A stretch of DNA of 64,000 nucleotides from an uncultured Gemmatimonadaceae bacterium (GCA_963829055.1 CAWHHI010000012.1:192001-256000), one strand, 5' to 3'. Shown: positions 42,928 through 54,900, counted from the stretch's first letter. Translations and numbers: made by a program. Notes: a model not told the origin generated them from the sequence alone.

Positions 42928-44865
42928 ATGGCAGATAAGGTAATTGGCATTGATCTCGGCACTACGAACTCGGTGGTTGCGGTGATGGAGGGCGGAGACC
43001 CCGTCGTCATCCCGAACTCGGAGGGTGGTCGTACGACGCCGTCGGTCGTCGGCTTTACGAAGGACGGAGAGCGCCTCGTCGGTCAGATCGCCAAGCGACA
43101 GGCCGTCACGAATCCGCAGAACACGGTGTTCTCGATCAAGCGATTCATGGGGCGGAAGATTGGCGAGGTGGCGGACGAGATCAAACGCGTCCCGTACAAA
43201 GTGCTGTCCGGCGGAAACGACGTCGCAAACGTCGAGGTCCAGGGCAAGCGGTATTCGCCGCCCGAGGTCTCGGCGATGATCCTGCAAAAGATGAAGCAGA
43301 CCGCCGAGGATTACCTCGGACACTCGGTCTCGAAGGCAGTGATCACGGTGCCGGCGTACTTCAATGACTCGCAGCGTCAGGCAACGAAGGACGCTGGCAA
43401 GATCGCGGGCCTCGATGTGCTTCGTATCATCAACGAGCCGACGGCTGCGGCACTGGCCTACGGCCTGGATAAGAAAAAGGATGAGAAGGTCGCCGTATTT
43501 GATCTTGGCGGCGGCACTTACGATATATCAGTTCTAGAACTTTATGATGTCGAAGGATCCCGGCAGTTCGAAGTGAAGTCGACGAACGGTGATACGCACC
43601 TGGGCGGCGACGACTTCGACCAGCGGGTCATTGACTGGCTCGTGAGCGAGTTCAAGCGTGATCAGGGCATCGACCTCTCGAAGGACCCGATGGCGCTCCA
43701 GCGCCTCAAGGAGGCTGGCGAGAAGGCGAAGATGGAGCTCTCCTCCACGCAGCAGACCGACATCAACCTGCCGTTCATCACGGCGGATCAGTCCGGACCG
43801 AAGCACCTCAACTATTCGCTCTCCCGGGCGAAGTTCGAGCAGCTGGTCGACGACCTGATCCAGCGCACCATCCCGCCGATGAAGCAGGCACTCAAGGATG
43901 CGGGCCTCGAGCCGAAGGACATTGACGAGGTCCTCCTCGTCGGCGGCTCGACGCGCATTCCGAAGATCCAGGCGATCGTCAAGGAGTTTTTCGGCAAGGA
44001 GCCCAACAAGGGCGTGAACCCGGACGAAGTCGTGGCCATTGGTGCCGCGGTTCAGGGTGCCGTTTTGACGGGCGAGCAGAAGGACGTTCTGCTCCTCGAC
44101 GTAACGCCGCTGTCGCTCGGCATCGAGACGCTCGGTGGTGTCACGACCGTGCTCATTCCGCGGAACACGACGATTCCGACGAAGAAGTCGGAGGTGTTCT
44201 CTACCGCCGATGACAATCAGACGACCGTCGAGATCCACGTACTCCAGGGCGAGCGCGAGCTCGCGACGTACAACAAGACGATCGGCAAATTCCAGCTCAC
44301 CGGAATTCCACCCGCCCCGCGCGGCATGCCGCAGGTCGAGGTCACGTTCGACATTGACGCGAACGGCATTCTGCACGTGACGGCGAAGGACAAGGCGACT
44401 GGCAAGGAGCAGAAGATTCGCGTCGAGGCGTCCAGCGGTTTGTCGGACAGCGAGATCAAGCGAATGGTCGATGACGCCGAGAAGAACGCGGCGGCCGACA
44501 AGACGCGCCGCGAGGAGATCGACACGCGCAACCGCCTCGACAGCCTGACGTACGAAGTCGAGAAGAACTCGAAGGAATGGTCGGATCGCCTGTCGCCGGA
44601 GCTCAAGACTCGTCTCGACGGCGCCGTCGAGCGGGCTCGCAAGGCGCTCCGCGGCGACGATATGGCCGAGATCCGCGCGGCACAGGAAGAGCTGACCGCG
44701 GCGTTCCAGGAGGCTGGGCGGTCGTTCTACGCACAGCAGCAAGAGTCGTCGCCACCGCCAGGCGCTGAGCCAACGGGCGAGCCCACCGCGGGCGCGACGT
44801 CGCAGCAGAAAGCCGACGATGTAGTCGAAGCCGACTACGAGATCGTCGACGAAGGCAAGAAGTAG
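42928..44865 (+). CDS. dnaK: Chaperone DnaK
   Basis: [63 protein letters not shown]. Confidence 0.98.
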   Translation: MADKVIGIDLGTTNSVVAVMEGGDPVVIPNSEGGRTTPSVVGFTKDGERLVGQIAKRQAVTNPQNTVFSIKRFMGRKIGEVADEIKRVPYKVLSGGNDVANVEVQGKRYSPPEVSAMILQKMKQTAEDYLGHSVSKAVITVPAYFNDSQRQATKDAGKIAGLDVLRIINEPTAAALAYGLDKKKDEKVAVFDLGGGTYDISVLELYDVEGSRQFEVKSTNGDTHLGGDDFDQRVIDWLVSEFKRDQGIDLSKDPMALQRLKEAGEKAKMELSSTQQTDINLPFITADQSGPKHLNYSLSRAKFEQLVDDLIQRTIPPMKQALKDAGLEPKDIDEVLLVGGSTRIPKIQAIVKEFFGKEPNKGVNPDEVVAIGAAVQGAVLTGEQKDVLLLDVTPLSLGIETLGGVTTVLIPRNTTIPTKKSEVFSTADDNQTTVEIHVLQGERELATYNKTIGKFQLTGIPPAPRGMPQVEVTFDIDANGILHVTAKDKATGKEQKIRVEASSGLSDSEIKRMVDDAEKNAAADKTRREEIDTRNRLDSLTYEVEKNSKEWSDRLSPELKTRLDGAVERARKALRGDDMAEIRAAQEELTAAFQEAGRSFYAQQQESSPPPGAEPTGEPTAGATSQQKADDVVEADYEIVDEGKK

Positions 44866-45135
44866 CGAAGTAGTTACCGAACATTCAGCTTGACGCGTCC
44901 AGCTTACACAGTCACCAGTCCGGACGCGGCAATCATGCTCGAGCAAAGCGTGGGGCCGGGCAGCTTCGCCGGCCCCCGCATTGCATCAACGGCTTCGACC
45001 GGAAACTCTTCGACAGGTGTCGGTGTCCTACGGAAGGCAGGCGCCTTCGCGGCATGGCTTTTCCGCAAGACTAGCCTCGACGGCGAGCGTACCGAACCTC
45101 TACATTCCGATCAGTCAAGCAAGGATCAAAGGCCT

Positions 45136-46695
45136 ATGTCGTCTCGCACTCTTGCACGCGCGCGATTCGGTGCTGCCGTGGCGATCGCTTTCGCTGCCGG
45201 TATCATGTTCGCGTCCGGTTTCGACCTCACCCGCTTCGGGTATGCGCAGTCGCGCACCGTCGCCGCGAAACCGACGGTTCAGGAAGTCAAGTCCATCTCC
45301 GACGCCAGCAACGCGTTCGTCTCGATTGCCGAGCACGTAACGCCTGCCGTGGTGTCGATTCAGGCGGAGCGCGATGCGCGCACACGCACGCAGCGTTCGC
45401 CGCGACGCAACGCGCCGCCCGGCCTCGAGGATTTCTTCCAGCAGTTCGATCCGCGCCAGCAGCAGGCGCAGGAAGCCAGTGGCTCGGGCTTCATTGTGTC
45501 GAAGGATGGCTACATCCTCACGAACAACCACGTGGTCGAGAACTTCGACCGGCTGAACGTGACGTTGACCGACCACCGCGTCTTCAAGGCGAAGGTCGTC
45601 GGACGCGATCCGAGCACCGACGTCGCCGTCATCAAGATCGAGGGCAAGGATCTCCCGACCGCGACGTTAGGCAACGATGACGGCACGCGCGTCGGCGAAT
45701 GGGTTCTCGCGATCGGCAATCCGCTCGGCTTCGACTTCACCGTGACGGCCGGCATTGTGAGCGCGAAGGGCCGTGGTGGCGCGGAGCTCCAGGGCCTGAG
45801 CCGCGATGCGTACTCGATCACCGACTTCATTCAGACCGACGCGGCCATCAACCCGGGCAACTCCGGCGGACCGCTGGTCAACAATCGAGGCGAGGTGATC
45901 GGCATGAACAGCGCGATCGCGAGCCAGACCGGCTACTACTCCGGCTATGGGTTCGCGATTCCGATCACGCTCGCGAAGCAGGTCATGGACGACATCGTCG
46001 AGCACGGCGAGGTGCGACGCGCGGTGATCGGCGTCCAGATCTCGGCGGTGAGTCAGGAAGACGCCACGGTGGCGGGCCTCAAGGACATTTCTGGCGTGCT
46101 CGTTGGCGGGTACAGCGACGACAACAGCCCGGCGCGCGCCGCCGGCCTCGAGGCCGGCGACGTCATCATCGCCGCCGATGGCAAGCCGACTGATCGCGTG
46201 AGCACGCTGCAGCGCATCATCCGCAGCCACGAGCCGGGCGAGACCGTGACGCTCGACGTCATGCGCTACGGCACGAAGAAGACGTTCCGCGTGAAGCTCG
46301 GAAAGGCTCCGACGGAAGCGCAGGTCGCTTCGCGTGACGCTGACGGCGATTCCGCCGCTCCGGTACGCGGCATTTCCTACGACAAGCTCGGCGTGACCGT
46401 CGAGGCGCTGACACCGGAGTTCCAGCGTGCAAAGCGGCTGAACAGCGATCGGCAAGGTGTTCGAGTGGTTGACATTGACGCGGCTGGAGCTGCCCGTGGA
46501 CGGCTCTTCCCGAATGACGTGATCACCGCGGTGCTGTACCCCGCGCCGCGCAAAGACGTCCGAACGGTCGAAGACCTGCAGTCGGTGCTCTCGCGCGCGA
46601 AGGACGGCGACATCGTGAGTCTGCAGGTGTTCAACCCGGACGCCCAGCAGGCCGCGACGCGAGTGGTTAACATCAAGGTCGGCAGCAACAAGTAA
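45136..46695 (+). CDS. degP: DegP/HtrA serine protease with two PDZ domains
   Basis: GSGFIVS, LTNNHVV, TDVAVIK, IQTDAAINPGNSGGPL, PDZ regions. Confidence 0.9.
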   Translation: MSSRTLARARFGAAVAIAFAAGIMFASGFDLTRFGYAQSRTVAAKPTVQEVKSISDASNAFVSIAEHVTPAVVSIQAERDARTRTQRSPRRNAPPGLEDFFQQFDPRQQQAQEASGSGFIVSKDGYILTNNHVVENFDRLNVTLTDHRVFKAKVVGRDPSTDVAVIKIEGKDLPTATLGNDDGTRVGEWVLAIGNPLGFDFTVTAGIVSAKGRGGAELQGLSRDAYSITDFIQTDAAINPGNSGGPLVNNRGEVIGMNSAIASQTGYYSGYGFAIPITLAKQVMDDIVEHGEVRRAVIGVQISAVSQEDATVAGLKDISGVLVGGYSDDNSPARAAGLEAGDVIIAADGKPTDRVSTLQRIIRSHEPGETVTLDVMRYGTKKTFRVKLGKAPTEAQVASRDADGDSAAPVRGISYDKLGVTVEALTPEFQRAKRLNSDRQGVRVVDIDAAGAARGRLFPNDVITAVLYPAPRKDVRTVEDLQSVLSRAKDGDIVSLQVFNPDAQQAATRVVNIKVGSNK

Positions 46696-46713
46696 GTTTT
46701 CGGGTCGATCGAG

Positions 46714-46746
46714 CAAACGGGGCGATCGCACTGATCGCCCCGTTTG
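46714..46746 (+). terminator. Terminator-like hairpin after degP
   Basis: caaacggggcgatc-gcact-gatcgccccgtttg. Confidence 0.6.
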
Positions 46747-46759
46747 ACGTTTCAACCCT

Positions 46760-46841
46760 GCGGAAGTGGCGGAATTGGTAGACGCGCTGGACTTAGGATC
46801 CAGTGGGGCAACCCGTCCGGGTTCGAGTCCCGGCTTTCGCA
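46760..46841 (+). tRNA. tRNA-Leu (anticodon TAG), CCA not encoded
   Basis: GCGGAAG acceptor pairs with CTTTCGC; D-loop GGAATTGGTAGAC; anticodon arm CTGGA-CTTAGGA-TCCAG; variable arm; T-loop GGTTCGAGTCC. Confidence 0.95.
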
Positions 46842-47115
46842 TCGTCAGACAGCGTAACCGGTCGTTAGGCATCCCGCGCGCCGACGCCTGCGCCGGTTGA
46901 GGCAGGCCGATGGGTTAGATGGTCGAGCAGGTTGTGATGAGCTCGCACGTCGGGCCAATGTTCAGATCGCAATCGCACGCCTCGTGACCCTGCGAGCCCG
47001 GATGCATCAGAACGCCTCCGGCCGAGTCCAGCCCGAGTGACACGCCCTGACGTGGACGCGGTGCGGACGCCATCTTACTGAGCGCGTTACGAAGGCAAGT
47101 TGGAAGGAGGTGCAC

Positions 47116-47295
47116 ATGCATTGTATTCGCATACTCGGTCGCGAATTCGTCCGATCCGATGAAGGGATCGCCGTTACCGAGTACGGGCTCCTGGTAGCCC
47201 TGGTCGCCGTTCTGCTCATTGGCGTGGTAACGCTCTTCGGCTCGAGCATTCGGAGCTGGTTCGCCGATAAGACATCGCAGATCACGACGGTCTAG
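47116..47295 (+). CDS. flp: Flp/Fap (Tad-type) pilin 1
   Basis: DEG|IAVTEYGLLVALVAVLLIG, Glu+5/Tyr+6; GGAGG RBS. Confidence 0.88.
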   Translation: MHCIRILGREFVRSDEGIAVTEYGLLVALVAVLLIGVVTLFGSSIRSWFADKTSQITTV

Positions 47296-47727
47296 CTTCG
47301 CGGGGGTGGTGTCGGGCGCTTGGGCCGATCCGGCTCGAGCGCCCGTTTGCGTCTCGGTACGCGGGCCGGACCTCGATCACCAGCTGCTCGTTAGGTACGC
47401 CGCTGCACAGCGCGTCGATCTTGCTCCTGCGCCGGCTTGCATTGCACGAGGCGCCAGTGTGTGTCGCAGCCTGGCGACAATCGTCGGGCGGCCGCAGCAC
47501 GACCGCGGCGTAACATCCGCGGTTGCGTGCGAATCCGCGGGCATAACGAGCGCGCACACAGTCCCCCGCCGTTCGGAACGCCGCGTGCCTTATCGCAGGG
47601 CGTCGCCGCGATCGGGCCGAATCATGAACGAACTGTCATGAACCCGTAACACTTTCCCGGGTTACAGACCCGCCCGGAATAGCTATCCTGCCTGCTGAGT
47701 GAGTGACCCCTAATATTGGAGATCCCA

Positions 47728-47907
47728 ATGAACCGCATTCGCACCGCTGTCCGGAACTTCGCGCAGGCAGATGAGGGCATCGCCGTCACGGAATACGGGT
47801 TGCTCGTCGCCCTGGTGGCCGTCCTGCTGATCGGCGTCGTCACGGTGTTCGGCTCGAGCATCAAGAGCTGGTTCGCCGCTCGTACGAGCCAGATCACCAC
47901 CGTCTAG
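47728..47907 (+). CDS. flp: Flp/Fap pilin 2
   Basis: DEG|IAVTEYGLLVALVAVLLIGVVTVFGSSIKSWF. Confidence 0.88.
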   Translation: MNRIRTAVRNFAQADEGIAVTEYGLLVALVAVLLIGVVTVFGSSIKSWFAARTSQITTV

Positions 47908-47940
47908 CCGCGAATGGACTCGAACCGCGACGGAGTGACG

Positions 47941-48120
47941 GTGGATCGACTTCGTACACATGCCGTCCGGTTCGCGCTCGATGACGACGGTATCGCGGTT
48001 ACGGAGTACGGGCTGTTGGTGGCCCTGGTGGCCGTGCTGCTGATCGGGGTGGTCACGATTTTCGCTTCCAGCATCAAGAGCTGGTTCGCGGATCGGACGA
48101 GCCAGATCACGACCGTTTAG
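47941..48120 (+). CDS. flp: Flp/Fap pilin 3 (start could be ATG 47914)
   Basis: DDG|IAVTEYGLLVALVAVLLIGVVTIFASSIKSWF. Confidence 0.88.
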   Translation: MDRLRTHAVRFALDDDGIAVTEYGLLVALVAVLLIGVVTIFASSIKSWFADRTSQITTV

Positions 48121-48139
48121 ACTCCGGTGGGAGTGGGTT

Positions 48140-48172
48140 GGGGCGCTCGGGCCGATTCGGCCCGAGCGCCCC
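48140..48172. terminator. Hairpin between convergent flp3 and DUF853 gene; degenerate copy at 47314-47344
   Basis: ggggcgctcgggccg-att-cggcccgagcgcccc. Confidence 0.55.
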
Positions 48173-48211
48173 GCTCGCATCCCGGTACGCGAGACCGAGC
48201 GCCGGCGGCGC

Positions 48212-49789
48212 CTACCACAGACTGTTCCGGCTTCGCGTCGTGGTACGCCGCCGCGGCAGCAACGCGCCCATGATCCCGCGCGCAACTACGGCGGCCACCG
48301 TTCGCGTAAGCGGTGAGTTCACGACCTTCTCGAATGCGCTCGGCTCTGGCTTGGGCGTCCGCCCACCCGTGCGTGCGGCGGGCGGAGCGCCGGGAGGTTG
48401 GGCTCCCCCATCAGTCGCGCCCGCAGCGGCCTGCGCCGCTCCTCCGGCAATCCGCTTCGCGAGCAGCTCGCGCGCGCTCTCGCGATCGATGGGCGTCGCA
48501 TACTCCTTGACCTGCGCGGACGACGACAGGCGCTGTGACATTTCACTGTCGGTCAGCGGACCCATTCGGCCAGCGGGCGGAACCAGTCGAGTCGCGAACG
48601 GTTGCGTCGGTGCCCCGTTAGGTGACAGCACCGTCACGAACGCGTCGCCGATGCCTAACGTCGTCAACGTCTCCTCGATGTCGTAGAACGACGTCTTGGG
48701 AAACGTGCGCGCGGCCGCCTTGAGCGCTTTGTCGTCATCCGCCGTGAACGCACGCAACGCGTGCTGCACGCGGTTGCCCAGCTGCGCGAGCACGTCCCCC
48801 GGGATGTCCTTTGGGCTCTGCGTAATGAAGAAGATGCCGACGCCCTTCGAGCGGATGAGGCGCACGACCTTCTCGACTTCGTCGAGCAGGGCCTTCGTCG
48901 CGCCGTCGAACAGCAGATGCGCCTCGTCGAAGAAGAACACGAGCTTGGGCTTGTCGATATCGCCCACTTCCGGCAGGTGGTTGTAGAGCGACGCGAGCAT
49001 CCACAGCATGAACGTCGAGAACAGCGCCGGTTTGTCCTGCACGTCGCTCAACTCGAGAATACTGACGAGACCGCGGCCGTCGCGCTCCGTCTGCATGAGG
49101 TCATCGATCTCGAACTCCGGCTCGCCGAAGAACGCCTCGGCTCCCTGCTGCTCGAGCTCCACCATCTCGCGCAGCAGCACGCCCACAGTTTGTTTGGACA
49201 TGCCGCCGTAGTCCTTGAGCTCCGCTGCCCCGTCCCCCGCGAGGTACTGCAGGACCGCGCGAAGGTCGGAGAAGTCGAGGAGCGCGAGGCCCTTGTCGTC
49301 GCAGTACTTGAAGACGAGGCTCAGGACGCTCGTCTGCGTGTCGTTGAGCCCGAGGACCTTGGAGAGCAGCAGCGGTCCGAACGACGAAACCGTCGCGCGA
49401 AGCTGCGCGCCTTTCTTTCCGGTGAGACTCAGGAACTCCACGGGAAACGCGGCCGGATTCCACTCGAAGCCGGTATCCTTGAGGCGCTGTGTGATTCGAT
49501 CGTTAGGCACGCCGGGAGCGCCGACGCCGGACAGGTCGCCTTTCACATCGGACAGGAACACGGGCACACCGGCGCGCGACAGTTGTTCGGCGACCAGCTG
49601 CAACGTTCGCGTCTTCCCGGTTCCGGTGGCGCCCGCGATGAGACCGTGGCGGTTGAGCATCGCGAGCGGCATCTGGACGATCGGCTCCGGATGACACTCG
49701 GCACCGTCGAGTACCGCGCCCAATGTGATGGCGCCGCTCCCCGCGCTCGCGTATGCCTTTCTCGCTGCCTCGATGATCTCCGCCCGCAT
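48212..49789 (-). CDS. DUF853/YjgR-like HerA-family ATPase
   Basis: NRHGLIAGATGTGKT, DVKGDLSG, KPKLVFFFDEAHLLF, RLIRSKGVG, QLGNRVQHALRAFT. Confidence 0.9.
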   Translation of the reverse strand: MRAEIIEAARKAYASAGSGAITLGAVLDGAECHPEPIVQMPLAMLNRHGLIAGATGTGKTRTLQLVAEQLSRAGVPVFLSDVKGDLSGVGAPGVPNDRITQRLKDTGFEWNPAAFPVEFLSLTGKKGAQLRATVSSFGPLLLSKVLGLNDTQTSVLSLVFKYCDDKGLALLDFSDLRAVLQYLAGDGAAELKDYGGMSKQTVGVLLREMVELEQQGAEAFFGEPEFEIDDLMQTERDGRGLVSILELSDVQDKPALFSTFMLWMLASLYNHLPEVGDIDKPKLVFFFDEAHLLFDGATKALLDEVEKVVRLIRSKGVGIFFITQSPKDIPGDVLAQLGNRVQHALRAFTADDDKALKAAARTFPKTSFYDIEETLTTLGIGDAFVTVLSPNGAPTQPFATRLVPPAGRMGPLTDSEMSQRLSSSAQVKEYATPIDRESARELLAKRIAGGAAQAAAGATDGGAQPPGAPPAARTGGRTPKPEPSAFEKVVNSPLTRTVAAVVARGIMGALLPRRRTTTRSRNSLW

Positions 49790-49944
49790 CCACTGGACTC
49801 CGTTTCGTGGTGCGCACACTCTAGCACTGGTGCGCCACGACCGGGAGATGCGGCGCGGTCGAACCGGCACTAGATTCGAAATCGGCGTCGCGCGCGGCGC
49901 GATCCTTCCGCCGTCGCCCGAGGAATTTCAGGACCCGAGGCCAT

Positions 49945-50404
49945 ATGCGACCACTTCTGTCGATCCTTCTCGCCCTGCCGCTTGGCGCCTGCTACCGCTA
50001 CCAGCCCATTGATTCCTGCCGCTGGCGCTATCGGGCAGGAAGTGAACATTGAACTCAGCGATCGCGGCACGGTTTCGATGAGCCAGGCGTTGGGACCTAG
50101 CGTCACGGTAGTCGAAGGCACACTGCGCTCCGCTGACTCGGCTGCGGTTACGGTGTCGCTGTCCAAGGTGTTCCGGCGTGGCGATCGCGAGCCGACGGAC
50201 TATATCGGAGAGACAGTCACGTTCCAGCCTGGAGACATCCGCGCCGTGTCCGTGCGCCAGCTCTCCCGTTCACGAACGGTGTTGTTCGCCGGCGGGACGG
50301 CTGCGATCGCCGTCGCTGCGGCCGCGGCGATCGTCAACGCGAACGGCCAGGCCCAGGGCGACGGACCCATCAAACCCACGCCCGCCACGTCGCGATCGCC
50401 CTGA
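49945..50404 (+). CDS. Hypothetical lipoprotein (apparent frameshift near 50010)
   Basis: ATG 49945 gives MRPLLSILLALPLGACYRYQP (lipobox), continuing in ORF 49982..50404. Confidence 0.55.
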
Positions 50405-50483
50405 CCTTCGGCGACTCGGAGCGTTCGCGGACGCATTACGAACCGAGGTTCAAGCCGCGACCATACTCTCGATGCACGATGCG

Positions 50484-50510
50484 AACGGGGCGGCCCAGCT
50501 GGGCCGCCCC
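50484..50510. terminator. Hairpin between convergent genes
   Basis: acggggcggccc-agct-gggccgccccgt. Confidence 0.55.
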
Positions 50511-50539
50511 GTCGTATCAGGACTGATCGTGGTCTTCAC

Positions 50540-51925
50540 TCATGGCTTGCAGACCGGATCACCTGTGATCTCCGGATTCGCCCGCCGCTCGCTGATTGGG
50601 ATCGGGAACAGACAGCCCGGCTGCTTACGCGTCGTCGAATTGGCGAGCCATCGCGATTCCCCCTCGAGTCCGATGCCGCCGGTCGTAACGCCGAAACGAT
50701 ACATGTCGCTCAGACGTCTCCCCTGAAAGATCAGGTTGATCCGCCGAGCATAATTCAGCAACTGAATCCGAGTTGGTCCTGTCCCGGCGTAGGGCGCCAT
50801 CCCGTCGAGCACTCGGATAGCATTGAAGTTGGCATCGAAGCCGGCGTTGTTGCCTTGCGCAAGCGCAACCTCGGCAAGAATGAGATGCATCTCGCGCTTC
50901 GAAACCTGGACCATCGGCGGGTTGTTCCCATCCTCGGCCTGGGCGACGATCGCGATCATCTTCTGAGCGGTCAGGTCCGGTCCTCCTGTCACCGGATCTT
51001 TCGCCGTCACCGCGACGAGGTGGAAGTCGTCGGGGTCGAGCGACGCGAGGTCGGGGGCCACCGCCAGTTCGCCGCGGTTGTTGAATTCGAAACCGAAGCC
51101 GCCTCCCGAGCCATCGCCGGCATTCTGATTCGTGGTCACGATCGAGTACAAGAAATCTCCCGGCATGAGCGGGAGCGCCGCAGTGGCGTCGGCCGCGGCG
51201 CCGGCGTCGTTCACCAACGGATTCGCGGGGACTGTGCCCGGCGGGTTGAGCTTCTGCCAGATCGCCTTCGACATCTTGACTCGAGCACGCAAGCCGAGCA
51301 CCACACCGCGGTTCGAGCCGGTGGGTCCGAGCGCGAGGGCGCGATCCAGCCACTTGGTCGCCGAGTCGTACATGATCGACATGTTCTGCTCGCCGATATT
51401 CTTCCCGGCAGTCTGCCGGTCGGAGATCGGCGTGTCGTCCCACACGTCGGCGATGGTCGTGTAGATGATCGCGCCGTTCACATATGCCCGTATGAGCAGC
51501 GACTCGTCCTGCAGCTTTTGATCTTTGGCGAACTGCTCGAGCTTCGCGATCGATTGCTCGGCGAGCCACCGTGCTTCGCCCACGTTGAAGAACGCGGCGT
51601 CCGGGTACTCGTTGTTCGGATCCCCGATGCCGCCGTTGTCCAGCTGACCGTATGCGTCGCGCGAACCGACCCAGATCGACTCGTCGGTTGCCGCCGTGTA
51701 CGGCGTGAGCGCCGACGAAACGGCGCGCGCTACGGCATTCTCGGCACCGATTACGATCGGAGCGGCCGCCGTCGGATTGCTGAGGGCCGCGTCACCAACA
51801 TTGTTCGGATTCTCGACGTCGAGGATGTTGCCGCACGCGGCCACGAGCACCGCGCTTGCAACGACTGCCAGCGCAGTGCGCGCGCGGAGCGGCGGCATCC
51901 CGTCGGAAAGGCTTCGAAGTTTCAT
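50540..51925 (-). CDS. SusD/RagB-like outer-membrane lipoprotein
   Basis: Lipobox VAAC, LDVENPN, EMHLILAE, FQGRRLSDMYR, FPIPISE..ANP; directly after SusC. Confidence 0.85.
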   Translation of the reverse strand: MKLRSLSDGMPPLRARTALAVVASAVLVAACGNILDVENPNNVGDAALSNPTAAAPIVIGAENAVARAVSSALTPYTAATDESIWVGSRDAYGQLDNGGIGDPNNEYPDAAFFNVGEARWLAEQSIAKLEQFAKDQKLQDESLLIRAYVNGAIIYTTIADVWDDTPISDRQTAGKNIGEQNMSIMYDSATKWLDRALALGPTGSNRGVVLGLRARVKMSKAIWQKLNPPGTVPANPLVNDAGAAADATAALPLMPGDFLYSIVTTNQNAGDGSGGGFGFEFNNRGELAVAPDLASLDPDDFHLVAVTAKDPVTGGPDLTAQKMIAIVAQAEDGNNPPMVQVSKREMHLILAEVALAQGNNAGFDANFNAIRVLDGMAPYAGTGPTRIQLLNYARRINLIFQGRRLSDMYRFGVTTGGIGLEGESRWLANSTTRKQPGCLFPIPISERRANPEITGDPVCKP

Positions 51926-51938
51926 GAGTGGGCTCTCC

Positions 51939-54900
51939 TTAGTAGCCGAGGCGGATGGAAAGCCCGACGCGGCGCGGGATCGGCAGGTTGAACGAATCGA
52001 CGGCGTCGAGGTAGTTCGAGTCGCGTCCACCACCGAGCGTGCGCCCGATGGCGTTCACCTCGGGGTCGGTGCCGACGTACTTCGTCCACAACGCGATGTT
52101 GCGCCCACTCAGCGTCAGCGCGAGATCTCGCGCGCCGACTCGGGCAGCGAATTTGTTCGGCGCCGTGTAGGTGATGCTCAGCTCGCGCCATCGTACGAAA
52201 TCCGCCGGCGAGTTCTGATTGAGACCATCGTACGGCGTGAGCGCGGCGAGACTGTAGACCCATTCCTTCGCCGCGGCGAGCCGCTGATCGACCGTGCTCG
52301 CGGGATTCTGGAGCGTCGCTCCAACGCGCGCGGACGCGGAGGTATTCCTCGCTCGCGTGCTCGCGTTCCGAAAGCCGCACGTGAGGCAGGTATAGGTGTA
52401 ATTCCCGCCCTTGTACTCGAACAGCGTATAGACGCGCCAGTTGCGGAACAACGTCAACGTTCCGCCCCACGCACCCGTGTAGTCGGGCGTCGGCTTCCCG
52501 AGGTCGGAATTCAGCCCGTTCTCGAGCAGGATGACGTTGCCGCTGAACAGATCGTTGAGGCTCCGCGGTGAGCCAAGAAACGTGCGAACCTGAGCTTCGG
52601 TGTCGGGTGCCCCATCGCCGTTGAAATCGTATGGAAGCTCACCGGCCTTCAGGCAGTTGGCGGACTGGCCGCCGCCACACGGCTGAAGAAGCTTCGCACC
52701 GAACAAGTGCCCGGGGTCGTAGCCCTCTCGCAGGAAGTTGCGATAACGCGGGTAGGAACCGCTCACTTTGAGCTCGGAAGCCCCACCGAGGCTGGTGATC
52801 TCCTGGTGCAGGAAGGCACCGTTGACGAACAGGTCGGCGTTTACGTTGGGCCGGTTCACCACGAGGCCGCGGAGCGAGAACTCCACGCCGTGCGCTTTCA
52901 TCTGCCCGATGTTCGAGAGTTGTCGCGTCTGGAAACCGCCCGAGAGGGGGTACTGCTTCTCGACGAGCAGGTCGTCGACGACGCGGTTCCAGTAGGTGGC
53001 CTGCAGACCAACGCGGTCACCCCAGAAGCCCGCCTCGAACCCAGCTTCGATTTCCGTCGAGACCTCGGGCTTGAGGTCGGGATTGCCGAGGTTGTCCGGC
53101 ACCAGGCCCGGAGCCCGACGCCCCACTGATGGCCTTGAATGTCGTCAGCCTGTCGAACGCGCCCGGCTGACGCCCCGACGTGCCGTAGGCGCCGCGCAAC
53201 CGCAGCGACGAGAAACCAGGCAGGTCCCAGCCCGCGTGATCGGTCGGAACTACGGAGAGGCTGACCTTCGGGTAGAGGACGCCACCAGCGTTTTCGCCGA
53301 ATGTGCTCGCGTAGTCATAGCGCGCGCCGACGGTCGCGAACACCCAGTTTTCCCAACCGAGTTGCTCCTGCGCGAAGAAACCGCCGTTGACGGTCTGCTC
53401 GATGCGGTCGTAGACGACCGGCTCCTCGCCCGCGCTCGCGACCGCAATCCCAGGACCCGGGAAGTTGTGGCTGAACCCACCCGGCTGCGTGATGCGCGAG
53501 ATGAATCCCTGCGCGCCGACGACGAACGACGAGTTGATGCGGGACGTGAAGTCACGCGACCAATTCGCCTTCGCGTCGAGTGTGATCTCACGATCGTTGC
53601 GGTCCTGGACCGTTTTCGCACCTAACGTGTCGTTGTTCGTGATCTGGTCGACGTTGTACAGGAATTCCTGGAAGCTGCTATTCTGCGAGCTCGTGTAGTC
53701 GACACCTACCGTGGTCGTGATGTTCAGCGACGCGAGCGGTGAGTACTGCGCATCGATTCCCGAGATGTAGCGGTCGACACCCTGCTTCGTGAGGATGCCC
53801 TGTAGCTCGTTCGGTGAGCCGAATGTGCCCTGCACGCCGTAGGCGTTGCCCGGCCCCTTGCACTTGCCCGGGGATGCGATGCCCAGGTTGGGATCGGTGC
53901 GGTCCGGATCGGAGTTTCTGCAGTTGGCGAGGTCCGGCTTGCCGAACAACGCCTGTGTGATCGGGCTGATAGATGTTGTTGGAGTTCTGGGGCGTCTCGA
54001 GGCGACTGTTCGTGTACGCGCCGCGGCCGGTGATCCGCAGCTTGCTGGTCGGCACCATGCTGACGTTGATCGTGCCCTGGGCGCGCTTGCTCAGGTCATG
54101 CGCCGGACCGATCGTCTGCCCGCCCCACGGACCATCCTCGTCGTAGTAGCGGCCAGACACGAAGTAGGTGAGTCCGCCGGCACCGCCGTTGAGCGACGCC
54201 GACACGGTGGAAGCCCTTCCCGTCTCGAACAGATTCGCGAGAAGCGGTTCGGCGAACGGCTGGAACGGCGTGATCGTTTGCCCCCAGAACTTACTGAGGG
54301 AATCCGCCTGCCCCTGGCGTAGGGCGTAGCCCCAGTTCGGCTCGAGGCGCCCGGTGGGGTACTTGATCGCCTCCTGCGCGAGGTTGAAGTCCCAGCGGGC
54401 GGCACCAGTCGTTCCCTTCTTGGTGAAGATCTGGATGACGCCGTTGGACGCCTCGGTGCCATAGAGCGTCGCTGCGGCGGCGCCCTTCAGCACTTCGATG
54501 CGTTCAATGGATGCCGGATCGATGTCGTCGAGGCGCGACGGCGAGCCGCCGCCGCCCGCGCCAATGTTGAAGCTGAAGTCGCCCGATGAGTTGATGCGGA
54601 CGCCGTCGACGAAGATGATCGGCTCGTTCGACTGCGAGAGCGATGCGTTACCCCGGATGCGGATACGCGCCCCTTCGCCCGTCATACCGCTCGATGGCAG
54701 GCCGACGAGTCCCGGCTCCTTTCCCTGAAGAAGCTCCGATGGCGTATTGATCGGCGCGTACTTCGGCGGTTCGATGTTTCCGATCGTGTTGCCGAGCTTC
54801 TTCACTTCAACGGCGCCACCGGTGCCTGTGGTGACGACGGCCTCGAGCTGAAGCACCGACTGGCTGATTTCGAAGTCGGCCGTCTTGATCTGGCCCGCGG

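Noticed and set aside
47296..47727. c-di-GMP riboswitch upstream of flp2
   Set aside because: Conserved GCAAA/GNRA elements not recognisable by eye; an Rfam scan is needed.
46760..48200. Integrative element or prophage at tRNA-Leu
   Set aside because: No integrase and no duplicated tRNA 3' end seen.
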